Below, in pieces: positions 1 to 11,800 of a stretch of 64,000 nucleotides of DNA. This stretch comes from Anaeramoeba ignava BMAN (taxonomy: Eukaryota > Protista > Anaeramoebae): positions 113,173 to 177,172 of the forward strand of contig JAPDFW010000098.1 of assembly GCA_028826165.1 (NCBI GenBank), in the 5' to 3' direction. The translations under genes and the position numbers were made by a program. Under the pieces are notes generated by a model that saw only the letters and a program-made list of their open reading frames with translations, ran no database searches and had not been told where the DNA came from. Position 1 is the stretch's first letter. Every line of letters begins with the position of its first letter.

Positions 1-2026
1 CAACCCATAAATTAAGAGAACCAGCTAAATAACTTCTAGCTTCATTTGTATTATGAGTAATCCCATTAGGTAGATTATAACTATAACCAAAATTTGAATG
101 ACCAGGTTGTAAATTAGATTCTAACCAAAAATCATTTCCAAAAATTGGACCAAAACTTAATTTAGAATAAATTGCACGACCTTTGCCATTATGTGTAAAC
201 TTTGCAGGTATTCTATCCCCTTTATCATTTCTTAATGAAAAAATAAATGCATTTGAGTCATAAATGTCTCCTGGATTTCCAGATTTAAATCCAACTTGAG
301 TAAAACCTCCAAAAATAAAATTATCTTTTGTTTTGATAATAACTAATGTTTTTCCTTTCCCATCAACTGCTTTATGCCATTTTTTACAATTAAATCCATC
401 TTTTTTTGCTGAAAATCCTTTTTTCATTTTAGAAAAAAAATCATTATCATTTATCCATTCTTGTAATTTCTTAACATATTCAATTTCTTGAATAATTTCT
501 GAATCTGAAAAAATCTTTTGTAATTCCATTTCTTGTTTCATTTTCTTTTCATATTCCAAATCTTTTTGGTATTGATCTCGATATTTATCAAAAACTGGTT
601 TCATATCTTTATTTTCTTTATCTTTCTCTTCAAATTCTTTCTTCCATTTCTCTTCAATTTCTTTGTTTTTATCTTCAACTTCTTTCTTCCATTTCTCTTC
701 AATTTCAATTTTTATTTGTTGATTTTCTTTCTCTTTGTTTTCAATTTCTTTGTTTTTATCTTCAACTTCTTTCTTTTTCTCTTCAATTTCAATTTTCATT
801 TGTTGATTTTCCTTCTCTTTATTCTCAACTTCTTTCTTCCATTTCTCTTCAATTTCAATTTTTATTTGTTGATTTTCTTTCTCTTTGTTTTCAACTTCTT
901 TCTTCCATTTCTCTTCAATTTCTTTCTCTTTATCTTCAATTTCTTTCTTCCATTTCTCTTCAATTTCTTTGTTTTTATCTTCAATTTCCTTTTCTTTCTT
1001 CTTATTTTCAGATTTCAAATTTCGAATCTCTGATTCAAATGATTTGATTCTTTTATCTCTTTCTTTGATTCTTTTATCTCTTCTTTTAATTTTCTTTTCT
1101 TTCTCTTGAATTTTCTTTTCTTTCTCTTGAATTTTCTTTTCTTTCTCTTTATTTTCAATTTCTTGTTGATTATCTTGAATAATTTTGTTTTGAATATCAA
1201 CTAAAAAAGAATTTGGAAGAATAAAATGAAATTGTTTTAATTTATCAAAATCTTGTTTTGAAATTGAATCTTTATCAAATAATGAAAAAAAAGAATGAAA
1301 TAATCTTTTCTTTGAATTCATTTTCTTTTCATATTTCTTTAAATTTAGTGATTTATTTCTTTTTTTAATCCAATTATCCAAAAATTGAAAAAAATCAAAT
1401 TGAAAAATTTCTTTTTTTTCTTGTTTAAATTGAATAAATTTGATAATTTCTTCTTTAGTTAAATTGAATAAATTCTCATTATTCTGAATTTGGGAAAAAT
1501 TTTGATTTATTAATTCAAAACATTTTATTTCAATTTCATTTGAATTTAAATTTCGATTTTGGAAAAAAAATTGGAAAAAATTTGAATAATTAATTGAATT
1601 TGAAATTTTTTTTTGAATAATTTCTTTCAATAAATTTAATTTAAAATAAATTGAAATTTCCAATAATTGAATAAGATTTTCTTGATTCTCAAAAGAAATA
1701 TTTCCATAATAAATATAACTCAAAATTGATTCCATTTCTTTTTTATTAAATTGATTTAAAAAAATCTTATCAATATCGTTTTCTCCTCTTAATGACTCAT
1801 TAAAAAAAGGAGATCTTGAAGATAAAATTGATTTATGAACTTTAATTTCAAAAGGATTTGATTTATTCTCAACAAAAATTGAAAAATCTTTAAATGAATT
1901 TCCATTTAAAAGGTTTGAATAATCTTTAATTAAATTTTTTGTTACTTTTTTTTCTAAATTTTTCATTTCATTTTCATTTTCATTTTGATTTGCATTTTCA
2001 ATTTGGTTATTATTGTTATTATCCAT
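1..2026 (-). CDS. BTB/POZ - coiled-coil - TLDc domain protein (3' end runs off the window)
   Basis: Manual translation from ATG at 2026. BTB start FKDFSIFVENKSNPFEIKVHKSILSSRSPFF; central K/E-rich repeated coiled coil (~600-1200); TLDc motifs GFSAKKDGFNCKKWHKAVDGKGKTLVIIKTKDNFIFGGFT...AFIFSL...GPIFGND...YLAGS. Start and end are in the same frame; absent from the ORF track because no stop lies in the window. Confidence 0.88.
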   Translation of the reverse strand, partial: MDNNNNNQIENANQNENENEMKNLEKKVTKNLIKDYSNLLNGNSFKDFSIFVENKSNPFEIKVHKSILSSRSPFFNESLRGENDIDKIFLNQFNKKEMESILSYIYYGNISFENQENLIQLLEISIYFKLNLLKEIIQKKISNSINYSNFFQFFFQNRNLNSNEIEIKCFELINQNFSQIQNNENLFNLTKEEIIKFIQFKQEKKEIFQFDFFQFLDNWIKKRNKSLNLKKYEKKMNSKKRLFHSFFSLFDKDSISKQDFDKLKQFHFILPNSFLVDIQNKIIQDNQQEIENKEKEKKIQEKEKKIQEKEKKIKRRDKRIKERDKRIKSFESEIRNLKSENKKKEKEIEDKNKEIEEKWKKEIEDKEKEIEEKWKKEVENKEKENQQIKIEIEEKWKKEVENKEKENQQMKIEIEEKKKEVEDKNKEIENKEKENQQIKIEIEEKWKKEVEDKNKEIEEKWKKEFEEKDKENKDMKPVFDKYRDQYQKDLEYEKKMKQEMELQKIFSDSEIIQEIEYVKKLQEWINDNDFFSKMKKGFSAKKDGFNCKKWHKAVDGKGKTLVIIKTKDNFIFGGFTQVGFKSGNPGDIYDSNAFIFSLRNDKGDRIPAKFTHNGKGRAIYSKLSFGPIFGNDFWLESNLQPGHSNFGYSYNLPNGITHNTNEARSYLAGSLNLWV

Positions 2027-2434
2027 TTTGTGTTTTTGTTTTTGTGTTTTTTTTTTGTTTTTTGTTTTTTAAAAAAAGGAAAAAAATGAAAAAAAAAATT
2101 TAAAAAAAAAATGAATAAAAAAAGTGGATTTTGAAAATAAATAAAAATATAAAAAATAAGAATAAATTTAAATTAATAATTAATTTAATTTTCTTTTTAA
2201 TTTATTATTTTAAATTATTTTATTAATAAATTATTATTATTTTTTATTAATTTTTTTTATTAAAAAAAAAGGAAAATTATTTTAATTTATTTTTTAATTT
2301 AATTTTTTTTTTTGGAATTTAAAAATTATTAATAAATTTAAATTTAAAAACAAATTTCCAAATTAATATTAATTCAATTTAATTCAAAAAAAAGATAAAA
2401 TTTTAATTTCAAAAATCAATTTTCAAAATATTTT

Positions 2435-3305
2435 TAAATAATAAAATATTTAAATCCAAAACATTAAATTATTATTTTAAACATAAAATTAATTATTAAA
2501 TTATATTTTTTAAATTAATTTATAAATTAAATATTAAATTAAATCTATTTCCATTTTTATATTTTTATGTTAAATATTTAAATAACAAAATATTTAAATA
2601 TAAAACATTAAATTATTATTTTAATAATAAAATTAAATATTAAATTATATTTTTAAATTAATTTATAAATTAAATATTAAATTAAATTCTATTCTTATTT
2701 TTATATTTATATGTTAAATATTTAAATAATAAAATATTTAAATCTAAAAATTAAATTATTATTTTAATATGAAATTAAATATTAAATTATAATTTTAAAA
2801 TTAATTTATAAATTAAATATTAAATTAAATCTATTCTCATTTTTATATTTTTATGTTAAATATTTAAATAATAAAATATTTAAATCTAAAACAATAAATT
2901 ATTATTTTAATAATAAAATTAAATATTAAATTATATTTTTAAATTAATTTAAAATTAAATATTAAATTAAATCTATTCTTATTTTTTATATTTATATGTT
3001 AAAATATTTAAATAATAAAATATTTAAATTTAAAACATTAAATTATTATTTTAATAATAAAATTAAATATTAAATTATATTTTTAAATTAATTTATAAAT
3101 TAAATATTAAATTAAATCTATTTTCGTTTTCTATATTTATATGTTAAATATTTAAATAATAAAATATTTAAATCTAAAACATTAAATTATTATTTTAATA
3201 ATAAAATTAAATATTAAATTATATTTTTAAATTAATTTATAAATTAAATATTAAATTAAATCTATTCTCATTTTTTATATTTATTTGTTAAATATTTAAA
3301 TAATA
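2435..3305. repeat. Tandem minisatellite, ~144-bp unit, ~6 copies
   Basis: Anchor 'attaaattaaatctatt' recurs at about 2540, 2685, 2828, 2970, 3114 and 3258. Confidence 0.9.
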
Positions 3306-3459
3306 AATTTGTTTTTTAAAAAAAGAAAAAAGTGGAACAAAAGAAAAAAGAATTCCAAAAATAAAAAAATAAAAAATTGTTTTGATTTTGATTTTTCAAT
3401 AACAAGATATTTTATTAAAATTTTTGTTTTGTTTTTTGTTTTTAAAAAAAAAAAGAAAA

Positions 3460-4038
3460 TTATAAAATAGAGCATTTCTTTTTTGGTTTATCAGGTTTAA
3501 CAGGAGAAAGAACAGCACGAATAGATTCATCAAAAACAGTTTTCAAATTTTTCTGAGTCAAAGCAGAACATTCCAAATATTTAACCGCTTTAATTTCTTT
3601 AGCCATATCCATACCAGCTTGATAACTAATAGGAGATAAACCTTTTTCTTCAAGTTTCATGATAGTATCTTGGTCATCTCTCAAATCAAGCTTAGTACCA
3701 ACAAGAATCATAGGAACATTAGAACAATGATGATGAATTTCAGGAACCCATTTAGCTCTAACGTTTTCAAAAGAAGAAGGTGAAATCAATGAAAAGCAGA
3801 TCAAAAATACATCCGTTTGTGGATATGATAATGGTCTTAATCTATCGTAATCTTCTTGTCCTGCTGTATCCCATAATCCTAAATTGATTGGTTTTCCATC
3901 TACCATTACATTGGCTGAATAATTATCAAATACTGTTGGTATATATTCTCCTGGAAATGCATTTGTTGTATATGATATTAATAAACATGTTTTACCAACT
4001 GCTCCATCTCCAACAACTACACATTTAATTGATTGCAT
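3460..4038 (-). CDS. RAC1: Rac-family Rho GTPase, intronless
   Basis: [78 protein letters not shown]; polybasic tail with CaaX CSIL. Confidence 0.97.
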   Translation of the reverse strand: MQSIKCVVVGDGAVGKTCLLISYTTNAFPGEYIPTVFDNYSANVMVDGKPINLGLWDTAGQEDYDRLRPLSYPQTDVFLICFSLISPSSFENVRAKWVPEIHHHCSNVPMILVGTKLDLRDDQDTIMKLEEKGLSPISYQAGMDMAKEIKAVKYLECSALTQKNLKTVFDESIRAVLSPVKPDKPKKKCSIL

Positions 4039-4247
4039 TTTTTTGTTTTTTGTTTTTAAAAAATTTAAATTTAAAAATAAAAAATTATTAAAAAAGAAAA
4101 AGAATGAAAATAAAATTAATTAAATTTTTTCTTTTTATTTTTATTTTATTTTTTAATTTAAATTTTTTGTTAAAATTTTTTTCATTCGAAAAAATTTCTT
4201 TTTTATTTTTTATTTAAATTTTTTCCATTTATTTATCCCATTTTTTA

Positions 4248-6070
4248 GTATTAATTTTATTTATAAATATAAAATAAAAATTAATTTCAAATTAATATTA
4301 AATTCAAATCTATTTCCATTCTATTTAAAAAATTAATTAAAATATTTTATTAATTAAATATCAAAAATTAATTAATAAAAATATATTTCTAATAATTAAT
4401 TTTATTTATAAATATAAAATAAAAATTAATTTCAAATTAATATTTAATTTAAATCTATTTCCATTCTTTTAAAAATTAATTAAAATATTTTATTAATTAA
4501 ATATCAAAAATTAATTAATAATAATATATTTCTTATAATTAATTTTATTTATAAATATAAAATAAAAATTAATTTCAAATTAATATTAAATTCAAATCTA
4601 TTTCCATTTTGTTTAAAAATGAATTAAAATATTTTATTAATTAAATATCAAAAATTAATTAATAATAATATATTTCTTATAATTAATTTTATTTATAAAT
4701 ATAAAATATAAAATTAATTTTAAATTAATATTAAATTTAAATCTATTTCCATTTTGTTTAAAAATTAATTAAAATATTTTATTAATTAAATATCAATAAA
4801 AATTAATTAATAAAAATATATTTTCTTGTATTAATTTTATTTATAAATATAAAATAAAAATTAATTTCAAATTAATATTTAATTTAAATCTATTCCCATT
4901 CTTTTTAAAAATTAATTAAAATATTTTATTAATTAAATATCAAAAATTAATTAATAAAAATATATTTTGTGTATTAATTTTATTTATAAATATAAAATAA
5001 AAATTAATTTCAAATTAATATTTAATTTAAATCTATTCCCATTCTGTTTAAAAAATTAATTAAAATATTTTATTAATTAAATATCAATAAATTAATTAAT
5101 AATAATATATTTTCTTGTATTAATTTTATTTATAAATATAAAATAAAAATTAATTTTAAATTAATATTAAATTTAAATCTATTTCCATTTTGTTTAAAAA
5201 ATTAATTAAAATATTTTATTAATTAAATATCAAGAAATTAATTAATAAAATATATTTTCTTGTATTAATTTTATTTATAAATATAAAATAAAAATTAATT
5301 TCAAATTAATATTTAATTTAAATCTATTCCCATTCTTTTTAAAAATTGATTAAAATATTTTATTAATTAAATATCAAAAATTAATTAATAAAAATATATT
5401 TTGTAATAATTAATTTTATTTATAAATATAAAATAAAAATTAATTTCAAATTAATATTTAATTTAAATCTATTCCCATTCTGTTTAAAAATTAATTAAAA
5501 TATTTTATTAATTAAATATCAAAAATTAATTAATAAAATATATTTTTAGTATTAATTTTATTTATAAATATAAAATATAAATTAATTTCAAATTAATATT
5601 TAATTTAAATCTATTTCTATTCTGTTTATAAAATTAATTAAAATATTTTATTAATTAAATATCAAAAATTAATTAATAATAATATATTTTGTGTTTTAAT
5701 TTTATTTATAAATATAAAATATAAATTAATTTCAAATTAATATTAAATTTAAATCTATTTCTATTTTGTTTAAAAAATTAATTAAAATATTTTATTAATT
5801 AAATATCAAAAAATTAATTAATAAAAATATATTTCTAATAATTAATTTTATTTATAAATATAAAATAAAAATTAATTTCAAATTAATATTTAATTTAAAT
5901 CTATTTCTATTCTGTTTAAAAAATTAATTAAAATATTTTATTAATTAAATATCAAAAAATTAATTAATAATAATATATTTCCTTGTTTTAATTTTATTTA
6001 TAAATATAAAATAAAAATTAATTTCAAATTAATATTAAATTTAAATCTATTCCCATTCTGTTTATAAAAT
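4248..6070. repeat. Tandem minisatellite, ~145-bp unit, ~13 copies
   Basis: Anchor 'aaatctatt' recurs at about 4306, 4451, 4595, 4739, 4886, 5030, 5176, 5321, 5465, 5608, 5751, 5897 and 6043. Confidence 0.93.
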
Positions 6071-6415
6071 TAAAAAAGAAAAAAATCGAAAAAAAAAATG
6101 TTGAATAAAATAAACATGAAAAAAAAAATTTTTTTGTTGATGTCAGTTTTCATTTTTTCTTTTTAATTTAAAAAAGAAACCATTTCCTTTACAATTTTCT
6201 TTTTATTATTATTTTACTTTCTTTGGATTTTTGATCTTTTAATTTTAAATGTAAATACTTTTGGACAAATTTCACAAAACAAAATTCAAAATTTACCCCT
6301 TTTCATTTTTTGATTTTGTTTATTTTTGTTTTTGTTTTTTTGTTGTTTTTGATTTTTATTTTGTTTTTGTTGTTGTTTTTGTTTTTGTTTTTGTTGTTTT
6401 TGTTTTTGTTTTTGT

Positions 6416-8775
6416 TTGGGAAAAATTAGGAAAATCAAGTTTTTTATTCTTTTATTTTGCTTTTCTTTCTTCATTTTAATTGTTCAAAATCAAACTTTGA
6501 AAAATTCTTTTATTTTCCCAACATCAATTTCAAATCCAACTTTATCTTTAATTGATGAAAACAATGGATTTCTTTATTATTTCAATTATGATGATTCTGT
6601 ACCAAGTGTTTATTTCAATACAATTTTTCAAATTGATTTCAATTCTTTCAAATTTCTTAATTCATCTTATTTAAGTGATCTTGATCAAAAATTTCAACAG
6701 GAGTAATTGATCCAAAAAATCAAATTGCATATTTGGCAACAAATCCATCCACAACGAGTAATGAAAATCCAAAAATAATTAAATTCAATTTATCAAGCTT
6801 TTCAATTATAGATTCTATTGAGTTACCTGAATCTTATTTCGAAATTGAATTTGTTTCTTCTCACATTGATTTAAATAATTCCAAAGCTTATTTTATTTTG
6901 AATTGTAATGGTATTTTTTCTTCTGACAATGATCAAATTTTCAAAATTGATTTAACAAATTTTTCAATCGAATTGAATACAAGTATTGATGCAGATTCTA
7001 TTTATGGTTCTCAAATTGATCTTTTTAATCAATATCTTTATATTTTCTCATCTAATCCATATCCTCAAATACAGAAAATTGATTTAGGAAATTTATCAGA
7101 AATTGGAACACTTACTTTAATTGAGATTTTCTCTGAATGGTCAAATATGTATGGAATTATTGATAATTCAACAAATTTAATGTATGTTGGCTTTTCTTAT
7201 TATCCATCTTTGATAATTGTGAAAGTAAATTTGACTGATTTTACAAAAATGGATAATATAACTGTGGAAGATAAAGATTACAATGATATTATTTCAGTAG
7301 GAATTGATACAGTGAATCATTTAGGTTATTTTGTGGTTGGTGTTTTATCATATTCATATACTTGGATTTCTAAAATTAATCTTACTTCTTTTGAAAGTAT
7401 TCAATCATATTCCTTTTCAAATTATGGAGCTGTAATATCTTTTGATTCATCAACAACTTATGCTTATATTGGATTCACTAATTCATCATTTATCAAGTTT
7501 GATTTATTAGAATTCCAAGAAAAGAATTCAGGATTGGGAAATTTTCAAGATCCATTCGTCATTTTAATTGATGAATTAAATCAAATGGCTTATGTTGGAT
7601 TTGATTATCTTTTTGGATTAGTTGCAAAAATTGATCTATCTTCTTTTCAATTAATAGATTACATAACAAATGATAATTCTTCTGATAAAATTAATTATGG
7701 AGAAATTGATTCTTCAAATGGATTTGCTTATTTTTTTATAAATTCTCAAACAAAAATTTCAAAAATTATGAAAGTTGAATTATCCAATTTTTCAATTTCA
7801 GAAATGAAAATTCTTGATTCAAATGGATCAATTCAATCAACTTGTTTTGATAACCAAAATCATTTCCTTTATGTTGGATTTTCAAATTTAACTGATGAAA
7901 ATGGAAAAATTTTTAAAATAAGTTCTCCAAATTTAGAAATTGTTGATTATTTTCCAATTTCTGATTTGAAACAATTCCAAAATTTATTTGTTGATTCTTC
8001 CAAAAATCCTTTATTCATTTATGGAAATTAACAATCCAATAGGTTTTTGGCTTGATTTAATTAAAATTGATCTTGATTCTTTTAATCAAACATCTTATTT
8101 GGATTTAACAAATTATTATCCAATTCAAACAATGTTATTTAATTCAATTCATCAATACATTTATTTTCTCTGGGAATCTGAAAATGATGGAATCCAAATT
8201 TGTGGAATTGAATTATCTGAAATGAGAGTTTTAGATGATTATGTTAAGATTGAATCAGATCAATTTTTTTCTTTTCTTTCCTCAGTTCATTTATTGATTC
8301 AAAATCCAGATATGGATATTTCTTATTTCAACAAAGTCAACAAAGTCAACAAATGAATAATAACATGAAAAACTTTGTAAACGTTTCAAACTCTCATCAA
8401 ATTATGATAGATCAAGCTATTTCTGAAACTTCCACAATCAAAATATTTCAAATTGATTTAAATTCATTTCAAATTCTTACAGAAACAAATTGGAATTATC
8501 CTTTTAGTATTTTTACAATTGATTCATCAACAAGATATCTTTATTCAACAGGTTATTCTTATTTTTATCATTATGATAATCCACAAATTTCATTTCATCA
8601 ATTTTCTCTTCCAACTCCAACTCCAACTCCAATCCCAAATCCTTCAAATCAAAAATCATCCAAATCAACTATTATTATTCTTTCAACAATTATTCCAATT
8701 TTAATAATAATTTCTTTAATTGTGATTTACTTAATTTTGAAAATTAAAAAGAAAAAGAAAAAGAAAAATTATTGA
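6416..8775 (+). CDS. Type I membrane surface protein with beta-propeller-like ~45-aa repeats, PT stalk and C-terminal TM; frameshifted (errors or pseudogene)
   Basis: Four abutting ORFs. Signal-like KIKFFILLFCFSFFILIV, repeated 'KIDLxxF...ID..N..LY' units, PTPTPTPIP stalk, TM TIIILSTIIPILIIISLIVIYLIL, then poly-K. Frame changes near 6700, 8020 and 8280-8350; no clear ATG. Confidence 0.65.
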
Positions 8776-8820
8776 AAGAAAAGAATCAAAAAAATATCAA
8801 AAAATCAAAAAACCAAGTAA

Positions 8821-11800
8821 ATGCTCTCTTTTCTTTAAACCAATTTTGAAATGGATTGGAAAACCAAATTTTCTTGATTTTGTTGGAGATGATGTTATTT
8901 GGAGATCTCTTACAGTTATTTTACTTTCTACTTTTTTCATTTTTACATTTGGAGTTGCAATTAGATATTTACTTGAATCAACAAAAATTAATGAAGATAA
9001 AATTGGGATAAAGTAATTATTTATTTATTAACTATTTAATATTTATTTATTTAATATTTAAAAAACAAAAAATTTAGTTTGGATTTCTTTAAATTCCCAA
9101 ATGAAACTGAACTTTATTATTTCCAAACTTTTAGTACTGAAGTAAATTAATTGATATTTATTTAATTCTTCTTTTATTTTTTTTGTAAATAATTTTAATT
9201 TAATTTATTCTTTTATTTTCTTATTTTCTTATTTTCTTATTAGTTAAGAGTTTCCAAAAAATTTAAAAGTGATGGAATTAAAAATTGTAAAGTAACTGCA
9301 AGTGCATATTCTTTAGATTCAAGTCAAAATTATGGAGGAAATGATTTAAGTTTAATGGAAATGAAAGAATATTTGAAAAATCAAATTACAATATCAGGAG
9401 ATACAATTCAATATTCTGATGAAGATGGATTTGTAAAATTTTCAAATCTTTCAATTAGTTCAGGAATAAGTCAAACAATTAATTTAACATTTTTTGCTGA
9501 ATGTGGAATTGAAAGTGAAAATGAATTTAAAAAGAATGGACCTTGTAAATATTATTTATTTAAAATTATTTCCAAAATAAATCCAATTATAATTTAATTT
9601 TAATTTAATTTTAATTTAATTTAGCTCAAAATATCTCTTTAAAATCAATTTATTCAAATTCAACAACAGCTCAAATTTCTTTTCCACTTTCAATGAAACC
9701 CACAAGTAATTAATTAATTAATTCAAATCAAAAATCAAAAATCAAAAATCTAAAAAATATTATTTTATTTCTTTGGTTTAGTTGATAAATTTTATTTTGC
9801 AAAAAATGAATCTTTTAATAATGAAATATTCAATTTTGGAAAAGAAATCCTTTTCATTTTTGGATTTAGTTTAAGTGAATCAAGTTTAAAAAATCAAGTT
9901 TATTTGAATAATATTTCAATATTTTCAATTCCAGCAAATAGAACTTGGATTTATCCTGAATATGAATCTTATTGTAAAAAAAAACAAAAATTAAATTAAA
10001 TTAAATTAAATCATTCTAATTTTAATTTTTAAATAGTTTTTGTCAATTTAACTTCATCTTCTTTTTTATCAAATGCTTTATTTCCATCAATTAAAATTTT
10101 TAATTTATTAAGTGGAGCAACTTCAACAAAAATGAATTTAACAAGTTTTTATGAAGGAAAACAAATGAAAATTTATGATCCTTCACAAAATTCTTATTTA
10201 TCTGAAAATTATTTTAATTTAAATTTTGAAACAAATGGTTTGAATTTTAAATTTGAATTTTAATTTTAATTTTAATTTGATTTTAATTTAAAAAAATAGT
10301 TTCCAAAATTGAAATTAATGAAAATGGATCTTTTATTGTGAAAGAAGGAGAAATATTTTCAAAACCTTGGGAAATTATTGTTAAAGATAATGAAAATAAA
10401 ACAATTCAAAATAAACCTGTTTTTGCAAAAATTTCTAAACAATGTAATTTTGAAATTTCAGAAAATCAATCTCCTATTGAAAATTCAAAAGTTCTTTTAA
10501 ATCCTATTTCTTTTACAAATGAATTTGGAATGTAAAACAAAATTTTAAAAACACAAAATTAACAAAATTAAATTTTTAATTCAAATTATTTTTTGGAATT
10601 ATTTTTTAGAGCAACTTTCTCAAATTTAAAATTTTCAATTTCAGGATTAACAAAGAATAATTGCCAATTTAAAATTAAATTTATTTCAGATGGATTTTTT
10701 ATTGAAACTGATAACATTCAAGTTAATTCTTCAATTAATAAAATTATTTGGATTGAAACAGTGAATTCAATCAATATTACAGAAGATTTTAAAATAATAA
10801 GTAATGACACTTGGCCTGTTATTCAAGTTCAAGATGAATTTGGAAAAGGAATTCCAAATAAATTAATTTCTTTTAATTGTTCAGATTTTACATTTCAACC
10901 TTATCAATTTATCACAAATCAAAATGGATTTGTTTCTTTATATTTAGATTTTGCTTTAATTCTTCCTAATAATTTTAATTATGATTATTATTCTTCTAAT
11001 CAAACTTGTTCAGTTATTATTGATGGAATTGAATCAGAAACAATTCAAATTAAAATTAATGCAAATGGTTGGAATAATCCTAATTCAAGTTCAATTTCCA
11101 AAATTGAAATAATAAATTGGAATGAAAATATAAAATCAGGAGAATTGATAAATTTGAATATTTCTATTGAAAATCATACAGGAATTGTTATTAATGAAAA
11201 TTATAATTTAACAGGATTTATTAATCCAGGAGATTTACCAATGGGATATTTAATTTATCCTGAAGAAGGATATTGGAATATTATAAATGGAACAGGAATA
11301 ATTTTCAACAAGAATTTATGGAATTTCAATGAGAACTGAATTATGTTTAGTAATTGGAAAAGATTATATTCCTGATTTTGAAAATTATGATTGGAAAGAA
11401 TGTTTTGGAATGAGTTTATCAAATGATATTGAAAAAGTTGAAATTTCTCATTTTCCAAATCCAAATCAAAATTTTATACCTGGTCAACCTTTTGGAAATG
11501 AATCAATTAAATTGAATATAACTGAGAATAACATTTCAGAAAATAATTTAACTGTTCATATTCTTTCTTTAAATTCAAATAATTATTATGGAAAACTTTT
11601 TGGAAGAAATTCAAGTGAAACAGTAAAAAATGAAACAAATAATTTATTCCAATCAAATTATACATTAAATGGAACAGGTTTTTATTTTTATTTTATTTTT
11701 TAATTTAAATTCAAATTAAATTTTTTATATTTATTTTTCTATTTGGATTAGAATTAATTTTGGATAATTTTATAATCAATCAACAATCAATTTATGATTC

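Noticed and set aside
533-1200. Phe/Leu-rich plus-strand ORFs and a short basic minus-strand ORF
   Set aside because: Antisense or off-frame readings of the K/E coiled-coil repeat of the BTB-TLDc gene.
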